The notes: a model not told the origin generated them from the letters alone. A stretch of DNA of 64,000 nucleotides from Octopus sinensis (GCF_006345805.1 NC_043003.1:105834001-105898000); one strand, 5' to 3'; shown: positions 49,023 through 61,015, counted from the first letter of the stretch. A program made the numbers and translations.

Positions 49023-49412
49023 TAGAAATGGAAAACAAAACAATAAATTGAACAATTAAATAATTTAATCATTAAATAAATTCAATTCAATTTTATTATC
49101 TGATACAAATGACACATCTCATAAATTACAGCTGTTTCAACTCCATTAATAAAACCAAGTTTTTCAAGAATAATAAATTACTGTTTACATATAACGAGGT
49201 TTCAACAGATCAACTTATCTTCTTAAAATAACTCATGAAAAAAACGGTATTTTATTCTTGGAAAACTTGTTTTTATTAATGGAATTGAAACAGCTGTAAT
49301 TTATGAGATGTCATTTGCCTTGTATAAAGTAATAAAATTTTATTAAATTTTATTATTTAATGATTAAATTTTTTAATTGTTTAATTTGTTTTAGTTTCCA
49401 TTTCTAATTTAT
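49019..49412. mobile_element. AT-rich fold-back element next to (TA)n, probably Penelope-like
   Basis: Arms ~49019-49173 and ~49251-49412; each has GAAACAGCTGTA, a palindromic stem-III half of a hammerhead. No intact CTGANGA found. Confidence 0.55.
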
Positions 49413-49599
49413 ATTATTATATTGATAAACTATGTTTATTTATTTATTTACCTGTTTGTTAAGAGTGATAGTTCATAACATTGTTATCGATATAGGTAAA
49501 AAAAACCCAATAAATTCTTTGGATATTTAATATCCCTCATGTGGTTATTTAACACCTAGCTAAATTGTTATATATATATATATATATATATATAATCCA

Positions 49600-49985
49600 A
49601 GATCAAAACCAAAATGGAATTTGTAGTTGTGGCTGATGCCAGTGCCGCCTGACTGGCACCTGTGTTGGTGGCACGTAATAAGCACCATTCAAGCATGGGT
49701 CAATGTCAGTGCCGCCTGATTGGCTCCCGGTGCTGGTGGCATGTAAAAAGCACCATCCAAACATGGTTGATGCCAGTCTCCCCCTGACTGGCTCGCATGC
49801 CAGTGGTACATAAAAAGCACCCACTACACTCTCGGAGTAGTTGGCATTGGGAAGGGCATCCAGTTGTAGAAACCTTGCCAGATGAGATTGGAGCTTGGTG
49901 CAGCCTACTGGCTTGCCAGTCCCCCAATCAAACCATCTAACCCATGCCAGTATGGAAAACAGACATTAAACAATGATGATGATGA
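49600..49985 (+). mobile_element. RTE LINE 3'UTR and tail
   Basis: Three GGTGGCACGTAAAAAGCACC-type units and a (GAT)n tail. Confidence 0.85.
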
Positions 49986-50137
49986 TATATATGTTTATGG
50001 CATATTGTCAGACCCCAGAACCTGTTGGCCTCTTCTGAAGAGGTCTTAGGCCAAGAGATTTTGGGCTCTGATCATATGCCATAAAGGTAAACCCTTTATG
50101 GACAGGAAACCCAGGATAATCCCATAAACAGGTCTTG

Positions 50138-50180
<43 letters not shown>

Positions 50181-51464
50181 GACTACTTTACCCAATGCAT
50201 AATCTTTGGCAGCAAGATATATTTTTGAGGGAGATTTAGCTATCTTTTCTACTAAGTTGAGCAACTGCATAGAAAGCTTCCTTGTTGGTTTGCTAGAGCT
50301 ATTTTACATCTATTAATACCTGTGATATACAGGTAAGAGTTATGCTTGCAACAAGGCTTTATCTAAACAAAAGTATCTTTGTGTCTTACATAAGGTGTTA
50401 ATGTCACAAAATTGTTTAGAGTAGTTTTTATTTTTTTTGAAGTGTGGTTTGAAAGTATTGTACGAAATAAGGAAGAAAGAATTATAATATTCTTCAAATT
50501 TCCTTGTTTAGTACTTATCTAATTTAACATTTGGTAAATGTGTCTTTTTGCCTGTTGTTACCAATGCCTGAATAAAAATTTAAAAATTATAAAAGGAAAG
50601 ATCAATCAATTGATAATAAACTGAAATACAATCAGTCCATATGTTGGCAACATGATCCTCCCAATGTACAACAAATATTTATTACAGCAAGAAACGTGTG
50701 CTTGTCTTGCTATCATCTTTAGCCTCTCAACACCTGGCATAAAGCCACCTCCTCACCCACCTCCCAAATCCTCTCTCCGTCACATAGTTGAGAGGTTTTT
50801 CTTTTCCTTTTCCTGTTCTTGCAAGTAGTGCCAGGGATGCAAGAAAAGCACCTAGTGCAGTGGTTGGTGTTAGAAATGGCATCTAGCCATAGAAACCATG
50901 CCAAAACCGACACTGGAGCTTGGCACTGCTTTGCAGCTTGCCAGATCCTGTCGAACCGTCCAACCCATGCCTGCATGGAAAGTGGATGTTAAATGATGAT
51001 GATGATAATAGTAATGTAGAGTACTAAAGAAATAAACGAATCTTTCAAAGCTGAACTTGTGCATGCTAAATTTAAAATCCATAATTCTGGTTGAGCTGAT
51101 CTGCTGTGAAAAGCCAAGAATCCTAATGTTTTGAACAAACCACTTTGTTGGAGGGAGAATAAGAAAAAGTGTCTCTCTTTTCAGTGAAGGGTTTTATGAA
51201 TTTATCCTGATTTACAAGCTTTGCTAAATAATTTTTGCCCTCCTCTGCTCAGCAGAAATTATTTGCCGTCTTTGTGTGTGTTTTGTAACCAGTCCAATGT
51301 ATCAATTCTTGAATTAACCCTTTCGATACCAACCGGCTGAATCAGCCTCTGGCTTGTTTGCAAAAGTTTTGAATTAAAATCTTCCACCAAACCTTAGTCA
51401 CAATTTATGTTCCTAACACTAGCTGAATGATAACTAAGTTATTTTACTAAATTCTTTGTTATAT

Positions 51465-51800
51465 ATATTCTTTACATGTGACATATTTGTCCTCATCTTG
51501 TTTGTTGTTAACACAACGTTTCAGCTGATATGGCGTAGTGGTTAAGAGTGCGGGCTACTAACCCCAAGATTCTGAGTTCGATCTCAGGTAGTGACCTGGA
51601 TAATAATAATAATTATAATAATAACATCGAAAAATACCTTAGGAATGAGAACCCAGGTTTGAAATTTCCCCAAGGCACCTGATGAAGGCTGGAGGGTATA
51701 TCAGCCGAAACGTTGTGTTAACAACAAACAAGAAGAGGACAGATATCTGTCAAATGTAATTAATGTACATAATTCCTCATCTCTTAAGTATAGAACTGTA
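51465..51800 (+). mobile_element. tRNA-head/hammerhead element, copy 2 (most complete)
   Basis: TSD TTTGTTATAT at 51455-51464 and 51801-51810; inverted partial tail ~51471-51530; A box TGGCGTAGTGG 51531-51541; T-arm CTGAG-TTCGAT-CTCAG 51572-51587; (AAT)n; hammerhead; end ..ATAGAACTGTA. Confidence 0.88.
51674..51719 (+). ncRNA. Minimal type I hammerhead ribozyme motif
   Basis: GGCAC-CTGATGA-A-GGCTG-gagggtatat-CAGCC-GAAA-CGTT-GTGTT: intact core, 5-bp stem II, palindromic ACGT stem III, GUU triplet. Confidence 0.75.
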
Positions 51801-51988
51801 TTTGTTATATTTAAAATTAATTGAAAGAAATACAGAGCATCTCAACAGAAATATGGTAACAAAAGGGTCAAACAATTTAGAAGAAAGTGGGTATTACTAT
51901 ACATGCTTTTCACAAATCATCTAATCTATCTTTCATCCACTCTACTGTTCATCCACCACTACTACCACCACCACAACCATTACTACTA

Positions 51989-52022
<34 letters not shown>

Positions 52023-52489
52023 TTTTGAAGCAACTATTTCAGAAACTTCTCAACATTATGTAAACCTTTAGATTTCATGTGTTTAACAGGATGTCCCGTG
52101 TCCATGTGTACGTAACTAAATGATTTCCAATAGCTTAAACAAATTGTGTCCCACAATGTTTAGGAAGGGGGTTAGGGTATTCAGGTAGCAGGTACACATT
52201 TACTGGTTTTGATAGGGATTCAATGGAAAAAAAAAAATTACCAAAAAACGAAAAAAAATCTCCCTCAGTGCTACCGTTAATAATAATGACTTTATATCTT
52301 GGTTAAAGTGGGGTCAGGAACATGTCAGAATGAATTGACCTTATTACGTGGTACTTATTTTCTTGAACCCATTTTCAGCCTAACTGCTATGTCTACCAAT
52401 AGTAATAATGGTTTCAAATCTTGGCACAAGGCCAGCAATTTTAGGGGGGAGGAAGTAGTTGATTTATCAACCCTAGCACTTATAATTCT

Positions 52490-52855
52490 ATTTGTTTTAG
52501 TCATTTACTGTGGCCATGCTGGAGCACCGCCTTTAGTCGGAACATTGATCCCAGGACTTAGTCTTTGTAAGCTGAGTACTTATTCTGTCGATCTCTTTTG
52601 CCGAACCGCTAAGTTGTGGGGATGTGAACACACCAACTTCAGTTGTCAAGTAAGGGTGGTGGAGACACACAAACATATATATATATATATATATGATGGG
52701 CTTCTTTCAGTTTCCATCTACCAAATCCACTCACAAGACTTCGGTCAGCCTGAGGCTTCAGTAGAAGACACTTGCCCAAGGTGCCATGCGGTGAGACTGA
52801 ACCCAGAACCATGTGGTTGGGAAGCAAGCTTTTTAACCATACACCCACTCCTGCC
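52490..52855 (-). mobile_element. SINE family A (diverged) nested among family B pieces
   Basis: Family A sequence; accounts for the 193-aa ORF 52299-52880. Confidence 0.85.
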
Positions 52856-53241
52856 CTTTGACTGGCACTTATTTTATTGACCCTGAAAAGATGAAAGGCA
52901 AAGTCGACTTCACTGAAATTTGACCACAGAATGTAAAGGCAGACGAAATGTCGCAAAGCATTTTGCCTGGTATGCTAACCATTGTGCCAGCTCACCACAA
53001 TAATAATAATAATAATGGTTTCAAATTTTGCCACAAGGGCAGCAGTTTGGTGGGTTAGGGGGTGTTGTTTACATCGACCCCAGTGTTCAACTGGTACTTA
53101 CTTTGTTGACCCCCAAAAGGATGAAAGGTAAAGTTGACCTTGGCGGAATTTGAACTCAGAACATATCAAGACAAAATAAGCATTTCTCCTGGCGTGCTAA
53201 CTAATTCTGCCAGCTCACTCTTTAATAATAATAATAATAAT

Positions 53242-53640
53242 CATCATCATCATCGTTTAACGTCCGCTTTCCATGCTAGCATGGGTTGGACGGTTCAACA
53301 GGGGTCTGGGAAGCCCGAAGGCTGCACCAGGCCAGTCAGATCTGGCAGTGTTTCTACAGCTGGATGCCTTTCCTAACGCCAACCACTCCGTGAGTGTAGC
53401 GGGTGCTTTTTATGTGTTACCGACACAGGTGCCAGACGAGGCTGGCGAACGGCCATGCTCGGATGGTGTTTTTTACGTGCCACCGGCACGGAGGCCAGGC
53501 GAGGACGGCACAGCCACGATCGGATGGTGTTTGTTACGTGCCACCAGCACGGAGGCCAGTCATTGCGGTACTGGCTACAGCCACGTTCGGATGGTTTTCT
53601 TATGTACCACCGGCACTGGTACCACAAAACTACAAATTCC
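53242..53640 (-). mobile_element. RTE LINE 3'UTR and tail with four repeat units
   Basis: Same subfamily as 11831-12107. Confidence 0.88.
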
Positions 53641-54003
53641 ATTGATGTTCACACATGTATACATGCATTTTCATGATGTTGTGTGTGTGCATATCCATAA
53701 TATATACCAAATGTTACCCTCTACTGAATCACTTTGGTCACTTTCATCTTTAAGTTGTTCACTTTTGTCATTTTTGGAATTAATTTCTTGGGTGGTAGAA
53801 TAACTGTTTTCCCCAAAATTCACTACTTGTTTAAAATGTTTCAAAATGCTCAGGAATTTTCAAGTAATTTCACCAGTGTGGTAGCCAGAAGGTTTTGAGG
53901 TAGCTGTCTTTCTTAGTTAATTCTTAGTTAATTCCACATTCTACAAGTACATCTGGTATAGTGTTGGCTAAAAAAGTCAATAAAGTCCCATTAAACGGTG
54001 GAG

Positions 54004-54073
54004 TTTCCAGATTAATCCTTAATCCAGCTGTAATCTATTCAGATTACAGCTGGATTAAGGATTAATCTGGAAA
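54004..54073. repeat. Perfect 33-bp-arm hairpin with a 4-nt loop
   Basis: TTTCCAGATTAATCCTTAATCCAGCTGTAATCT-ATTC-AGATTACAGCTGGATTAAGGATTAATCTGGAAA. Confidence 0.95.
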
Positions 54074-54415
54074 TAAAATAAGTGCCAGTCAAAGGGCAGG
54101 AGTGGGTGTGTGGTTAAAAAGCTTGCTTCCCAACCACATGGTTCTGGGTTCAGTCTCACCGCATGGCACCTTGGGCAAGTGTCTTCTACTGAAGCCTCAG
54201 GCTGACCAAAGTCTTGATTGCATCTGGGAAATTGTTAACTCACAATGACGAAACTCAATGAAGTTCTAATAATCACTGTATTGCATGCGTTTAAGCCCTT
54301 CAAAAATTTAAACCAACCATATCCAACCTAAATCTTCTACTGGTTTGCTTTCAAACCAGCCAGCTCTGGCCTCTCACACCTACCCTGCAATGTCATTTTA
54401 AAAATAATCACATCA

Positions 54416-54816
54416 CGCCGGACTGGCTGTGTGGTAAGTAGCTTGCTAACCAGCCACATGGTTCCGGGTTCAGTCCCACTGCGTGGCACCTTGGGTGAGT
54501 GTCTTCTGCTATAGCCCCGGGCCGACCAATGCCTTGTGAGTGGATTTGGTAGACGGAAACTGAAAAGAAGCCTGTCGTATATATGTATATATATATGTGT
54601 GGGTGTGTTTGTGTGTCTGTGTTTGTCCCCCTAGCATTGCTTGACAACCAATGCTGGTGTGTTTATGTCCCCGTCACTTAGCGGTTCGGCAAAAGAGACC
54701 GATAGAATAAGTACTGGGGTTACAAAGAATAAGTCCTGGGTCGATTTGCTCGACTAAAGGCGGTGCTCCAGCATGGCCGCAGTCAAATGACTGAAACAAG
54801 TAAAAGAGTAAAGAGT
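54416..54816 (+). mobile_element. SINE family A flanked by a 97-bp direct duplication
   Basis: 54319-54415 matches 54817-54913 with 2 mismatches. Confidence 0.9.
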
Positions 54817-54964
54817 ATATCCAACCTAAATCTTTTACTGGTTTGCTTTCAAACCAGTCAGCTCTGGCCTCTCACACCTACCCTGCAATGTCATTTTAAA
54901 AATAATCACATCATTGAAATCTTGAAGCTACGAGATAATGCATGACTACTTCAAAGCAGCAATG

Positions 54965-55624
54965 CAGTTTTATATTTAACCCTTTCGTAACTGTATTTAT
55001 TTTGAGATGCTCTGTGTTTCTTTCAATTATTTAAAATATAACAAAGAATTTAGTAAAATAACTCAGTTATCATTAAGCTAGTGTTAGGAATATAAATTGC
55101 AAGTAGGGTTTGGTGGTATGTTTTAATGCAAAACTTATGAAAACAAGACATTTGTACTACAGAGCCAGAGCCGGATTTGGCCAGGTTGGTAACAAAAGGG
55201 TTAAGAGATGAGGAATTATGTACATTATTCACATTATTTACATTTGACGAATATTTGTCCTCATCTTGTTGGTTGTTAACACAACATTTCGGTTAATATA
55301 CCCTCCAGTCTTCATCAGGTGTCTTGGGGAAATTTCAAACCTGGCTTCTCATTCCTAAGGTATTTTTCGATGTTATTATTATTCAGGTCACTGCCTGGAA
55401 TCAGGCTACTAACCCCAAGATTCCGAGTTCGATTCCAGGCTGTGATCTGAATAATAATAATAATAAAATTAATATTAATAACATTGAAAAATAGCTTAGG
55501 AATGAGAACCTAGGTTCGAAATTTCCCCAAGACACCCGATGAAAGCTGGAGGGTATATCAGCCGAAATGTTGTGTTAACAACAAACAAGATGAGGACAAA
55601 TATCTGTCAAATGTAAATAATGTA
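54965..55624. mobile_element. tRNA-head/hammerhead element, copy 3 (inverted arms), interrupted by MITE D1
   Basis: Minus arm ~54965-54979 plus 55201-55401; plus arm ~55402-55624 with GGCTACTAACCCC..GAGTTCGATTCC and a hammerhead (core mutated to CCGATGA). TTCAAAGCA..ATG lies on both flanks. Confidence 0.82.
54980..55200. mobile_element. piggyBac-type MITE D1 (221 bp)
   Basis: TTAA|CCCTTT...AAAGGG|TTAA (TSDs 54976-54979 and 55201-55204). Confidence 0.9.
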
Positions 55625-57217
55625 TTTCAAAGCAATGTGAATAATTAATGCATTACATTTGACAGACTAATTTGAATACTAAAAGGATAAAGAAGTTTTT
55701 TGCAGATTGGTGAAACTGCCTCATCTGATCATATTAAAGCCCAATAAAAATGATTGCTCTTGCTACAAGATCTGGAATTGTAGCTAATAAAGTGGTCACT
55801 TTATGCAATATTACCATTATGTTAACCATAACTTCTGCAATATGACTTGCAAGTTTTTTTATGCTAATAATGGTAGTGTGTATGCTGTATAAAGCAGGGG
55901 CATGAGAGACCCCCCCCCCCCACCAATCTAGCTAATACAACCACAAGACCTTCAGGAAACAGCCCATGGTTAATAATACCATCAACCCCAAGATGAGGGT
56001 ATTATTTTTCATTATCTTGGAGTAGGTATCCAGAACAAAATGTCAGTGAATTGTTTGGCAGATAGATGAATGAGGCAGCTTAGAAGTTTACTCTTTCAGT
56101 TGGCAGTTTTAATTTTTTTTAGCCCTAGGTCTCATGTGGCCAGTTACTCAGTTTTCATTTCACTGCAATCACAATATTCTCTTGAATGCGACACCAGTCC
56201 ATTGCACAGTTTAGAGCCAGCAGTTTTCAAGGGAAGGGGCAAATTGATTACCTTAATTCCAATACTTTCTGGTACATTATTTTATTGGCTCCTGAAGGGA
56301 TAAATGGCAAAGTTGACCCTGGCAGGATTTGAACTCAGAATGTAAAGAACAGCAAGAAATGCTGTTATACGTTTTGTCTGACGTGCTAATGACTCTGCCA
56401 GCTCATTAGCTTATGTTGGCAGTTGTTCTGTCTTAATAAACAAAGGATTTGTTACCCTCAACAGAGTGGCAAGGATCTCAGTTGACACGAAGCTCAGCCA
56501 TGTGTATAAATTGTAAACACGAGGCCAAAATAGCTAGTGATGGAGCAACAAGGAGATTTCTGACAAAATAACCATTTAGAAAGAATTGGTAACGTTTGAA
56601 GTAATTCATTTGGCAATATTGCAATTAAGGCTTGTTGAAAACTTACAGGCCACAAGCTGTGAGTTGCTTAAAAGCATTTGGCTGCATTCGAAAGCTTAAA
56701 TGAGGTTAGTAGGAAAACTGTTTAGTTGTTGCCAATGAGTCATTGCAATATTAGTTGATGAAACATTTTTTAAACTTGTAAACAAATTATACTCCCAGTC
56801 TTTCTGTTTTCACTCATTTCTTTCTCCAAGGCAATACTCTGTCTGTCTCTCTCTCCCCATCAGTAAAACTTGTTGCTACAAACATAACACCTTCCTGCAG
56901 TGTTATCTAATTTCTTGCAGAAACAGTCATCTTCCACAAAGTGCAAGTTTCCAAGGTTTTTTTGCAATTGTGGAATATAGATTCATTACATCTTTATGTC
57001 ACAATCATAGCTCTAAATTGTTATTACTTACATAAGCCCTTCACTCCTTATAGAGCAGAGGACGTCAACAGCTTTTCTCTATTGTTCTAGACCCTGGGTT
57101 GTCTTTTCTGTTTCTTTCCAGTTGGGTCCCTGCTTTTGCAACTCTATATTTGCCTCCATCTATTTTTAGGGTCTCCTCTCTTCCACTTCTCTTGTGGGTT
57201 TCAGGTCAGGGCCCAAT

Positions 57218-57635
57218 ACTCTTTACTCTTACTCTCTTTTACTTGTTTCAGTCATTTGACTGCGGCCATGCTGGAGCACCGCCTTTAATCGAGCAACTCG
57301 ACCCCGGGACTTATTCTTTTGTAAGCCCAGTTCTTATTCTATTGGTCTCTTTTGCCGAACCGCTAAGTAACGGGGACATAAGCACACCAGCATCGGTTGT
57401 CAAGCAATGCTAGGGGGACAACCACAGACACACAAACATATACACACACATACATACATATATATATACATATATATGACAGGCTTCTTTCAGTTTCCGT
57501 CTACCAAATCCACTCACAAGGCATTGGTCGGCCCGAGGCTATAGTAGAAGACACTTGCCCAAGGTGCCACGCAGTGGGACTGAACCCGGAACCATGTGGT
57601 TAGTAAACAAGCTACTTACCACGCAGCCACTCCTG
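57218..57635 (-). mobile_element. SINE family A, full length
   Basis: Family A sequence; AATACT on both flanks. Confidence 0.92.
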
Positions 57636-58071
57636 TGTAATACTGGATTTTGGTTTCTTTAAGGTGTGGCTTATCCTTTTGGATTTTGTTGCACTGCACA
57701 ATATGCCCCCCCCCCCTCCCGCCTGGGCCTTTATCTCCAAAAACCTTGTCGGTTTTGGATTGTCATCAATGCTTCTGTAACCTTGTTTTTGTTCTAAGTA
57801 GGGGTGTTGATTTTACACAACCTCATTTTTACCTCTGAGAAGAAGCAGTCCATATTAACCTGGTCTCTATCCTTTGACCTGTCCCAGTGTGGGAGTCCCT
57901 AATAGAAGCTTGTTCCCTGTTGACATAGCTTTGTGTTTTTGAGACAGACAATCCACAACACAACACAATGGGGATTTGACCTTGTGGTGGACTAAATTTC
58001 TATACACTCCTAAAATAAAATTGGTAGCCGATCGAATCAGTAGACAGTTGGACAAAAATATCTTGTATGTA

Positions 58072-58297
58072 TTGGGTTGATGCATAATTATTGCAGCTTT
58101 CTTCAACAAACTTTATTCAACAAAAACAATAACATGTAATAAAAACATCTTTAAATGATTATTCTGGAGCATATTCACCATCTACTTCAATTACTGCTTC
58201 CCATTTACTTGGCAGACGGTCAGACCATCATTTAAATATGTTTTTGTTGAATAAAATTTGTTGGAAAAAAAGCCCCAATAATTATGCACCAACCTAA
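58072..58297. mobile_element. mariner-derived MITE (226 bp)
   Basis: TA|TTGGGTTGATGCATAATTATTG...CAATAATTATGCACCAACCTAA|TA; minus strand retains a transposase C-terminus RLPSKWEAVIEVDGEYAPE*. Confidence 0.85.
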
Positions 58298-58732
58298 TAG
58301 CTTACATCCTCTTTTACCTTCTGTTTTCAGATCCCACCCAAATTGACTTCACATTTATTCTTCTGAGCTTGGTAAAATACCACTTAGTAATTAAAAAATT
58401 GATGTTGATGTATTGGGAAGCCAGCTTCTTAACCACACCTCTAAACCTCAGCCTATCAACTTATATCTTGATCAGAATGTACTTGACTACTTTGTGTGAC
58501 AGTTTATCTAATCCTTCCTTTTTTAGCCTAGTTGCTTGTCCAGAATTCTCTTTCCACATCACCCATATTTTTCTTTTTAATATATAGTTGCAGGTATGGC
58601 TGTGTGTAAGAAGTTTGCTCTACAAGCATGTGGTTTCACGTTCTGTCCCACAGCACAGCACCATCAGCGAATTTCTTCTACTATAACCTTGGGCTGACCA
58701 GGCCTTATGGATAAATTTGGTAGACAGAAACA

Positions 58733-58938
58733 GGTGGTGAGCTGGCAGAAACGTTAGCAGTATTTTGTCTGCTGCTATGATCTGAGTTCAAATTCCACTG
58801 TGGTCAACTTTGCCTTTCATCCTTTCGGGGTCGATAAATTAAGTACCAGTTACGCACTGGGGTCGTTGTAATCAACTTAATCCCTTTGTCTGTCCTTGTT
58901 TGTCCCCTCTGTTTAGCCCCTTGTGGGCAATAAAGAAA
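58733..58938 (+). mobile_element. SINE family B nested in a diverged family-A SINE (~58588-59185)
   Basis: AGAAAC on both sides; the host SINE resumes after ~58941. Confidence 0.82.
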
Positions 58939-60411
58939 CAAGAAACTGTGTGGAAGCCCATATATGTATGTGTGTGTCTTTATTTCTTTTTTGCCCCCCC
59001 CCCCACTGTCTGACAGCTAGTGTTGATTTACTTACCTCCCTTTAACTTAGAGTTCGGCAAAAAGAAACTGACAGAATAAATGCCAGGATTAAAAACAAAA
59101 CGAAACAAAAAGACTTGGACTAATTTGTTTGTCTAAACCATTGCAAGATGCTGCCCCAGCATGGCCGCAGTCCAATGACTGAAACCTGTAAACTAAGTTT
59201 AGCACATCTTGTGAATAAAGACCAGATTGTGAGAAGACTGGTCTGTGATGCTAATAAAAAATAGAGGAAAGTTTGAAGAGAGTGAGGCATAGAGGGGACA
59301 CTGACCTTTTGTGTCGTTTCATCTGAGAAAGAGAAGAAAATATTGGCTTTGGTGGTGATGGTGGGAAAATTTCTTTCCCACAAACGGAGAATTCTGAAAG
59401 GTCAGATTCCTCTTCTTCCCCCCCCCCCTCACAAACATGTCAACTTAGATACACTCATCAACTTCATTGCAAATAATTAAATCTATTCAAATCCTATGCA
59501 TATCTTTCCAGGTCAAAATAATGAAATTTCATGCAGACATTCATTTCAATGACAATCAATCATATCTCACTTTAAACGGCTGCTGTTCATGTCTAAAATT
59601 CCTTGTGAAACTTTAGGAATGCCTCTTATTTCAAACCAAACCAATAAATTGTTTTACAGAAGACAGCTTCTGTCAACAGATCAACATTTACTTAATCACA
59701 AAGATTTTTTTTATCTTCGAAGCGTTCTCTAACAGCAATGCTTTTTTTTTTTTAAAGTTTATTGGTCTCTTTGGCTGAACTGCTGTTACAGGGGTGTAAA
59801 CAAACCAATGTTGGTTGTCAAGCAATGGGAAAAGAATGACAAACACACATAATACGACAGGCTTCCTCAGTTTTTTTGTTTACTAGATTCACTTACAAGG
59901 CATTGGTTGGCCCGTGGCTATAGTAAAAGACACTTTCCCAAGGTGATGTGCAATGGGACTGAACTCAAAACCACATGGTTGCAAAGCTAGCTTCTTAACC
60001 ACACAGCCATGCTTGTTCTTATAGTATAATTACTTTAAGGAGGCAGATTAATGATTTAGAATAGCCTGAGTTCAAATCCCACTTGGGCTAGCTTCACCTT
60101 GTCTCATTTTGGGAAGATATTCAGTGTCTGTAGTAACCCCAACGAATAAGAGACCCTGCTGACATTATTAAAATCTCCAGGGTCCCCTAAAGACCTGCAC
60201 AAACTCCCCAACAGTTGTTCATTGCAGGTGGTTCAGTATAATTACTTACATGTTTTTCTTTTTTATTGAAACTACAGAACATCAACCGCAGAACACTATT
60301 AAATACTTTCCTGTTTATTTCATTAATGAAACAGAATTATCAAATCCTTACATTGAAATTTTCAGTTTGTATTTTATGCATTTTTAAAAACAGAATTTTA
60401 TTATTTTCTGG

Positions 60412-61015
60412 TATGATCATGTGTTGGGTATGGATGAGGACAGCTGTGTGAAAAAGTGTCAGACCCTAACAGTAGAGGGAAACTGTGGAAGAGGTAGACC
60501 CAGGAAGATGTGGGATGAGGTGGTGAAGCACAATCTTTGAACATTGGGCTTCACAGAGGTGATGATGAGTGACCAAAACCTTTGGAGATACGCTGTGCTT
60601 GAGATGACCGGCAAGCCAAGTGAGACTGTTGTCTAAGCCAGTGCAGCATAACTGGCCTATCTAAGAGTACCCTTCAATCATTGGACAATAAACTGTGCTT
60701 GCGAAGACCTGTTGAGTCAAGTGAAGTCATTGTTGTGGCTGATGCCAGTACCACCTGACTGGTACCCATGATGGTGGCATGTAAAAAGCACCGTTTGAGC
60801 ATGGTCAATGACAGTGCTGCCTGACTGGTCCCATGCCGGTGGCACGTAAATAAAGCAGCCACTACGCTCTTGGAGTGGTTGGTATTAGGAAGGGCATCCA
60901 GCTGTAGAAACCTTGCCAGATCAGAGTGGAGCCTGAAGCAGCCTCTGGCTTGCCGGTCCTCAGTCAAACTGTCCAACCCATGACAGCATGCAAAGCAGAC
61001 GTTAAACGATGATGG
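60412..61015 (+). mobile_element. RTE LINE 3' portion
   Basis: MDEDSCVKKCQTLTVEGNCGRGRPRKMWDEVVKH remnant, 3'UTR repeats, GACGTTAAACGATGATG tail. Confidence 0.9.

Larger units (their letters stand above)
51318..51867. mobile_element. piggyBac-type MITE D1 interrupted by the tRNA-hammerhead element
   Basis: TTAA|CCCTTT (51314-51323) ... AAAGGG|TCAA (51862-51871); reverse complement of the 26960-27179 copy. Confidence 0.82.

Noticed and set aside
51531-51595. Possible tRNA gene
   Set aside because: No complete acceptor stem or downstream T-run terminator; it is the head of a repeated element. The same applies to SINE A and B heads.
5882-57635. Recurrent short ORFs in the track (MSSNARGTNTD.., MTTDAGV.., MLGGQTQ.., and the 193-aa ORF 52299-52880)
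   Set aside because: They are translations of SINE family A and its (TA/CA)n tract; no splice or domain support.
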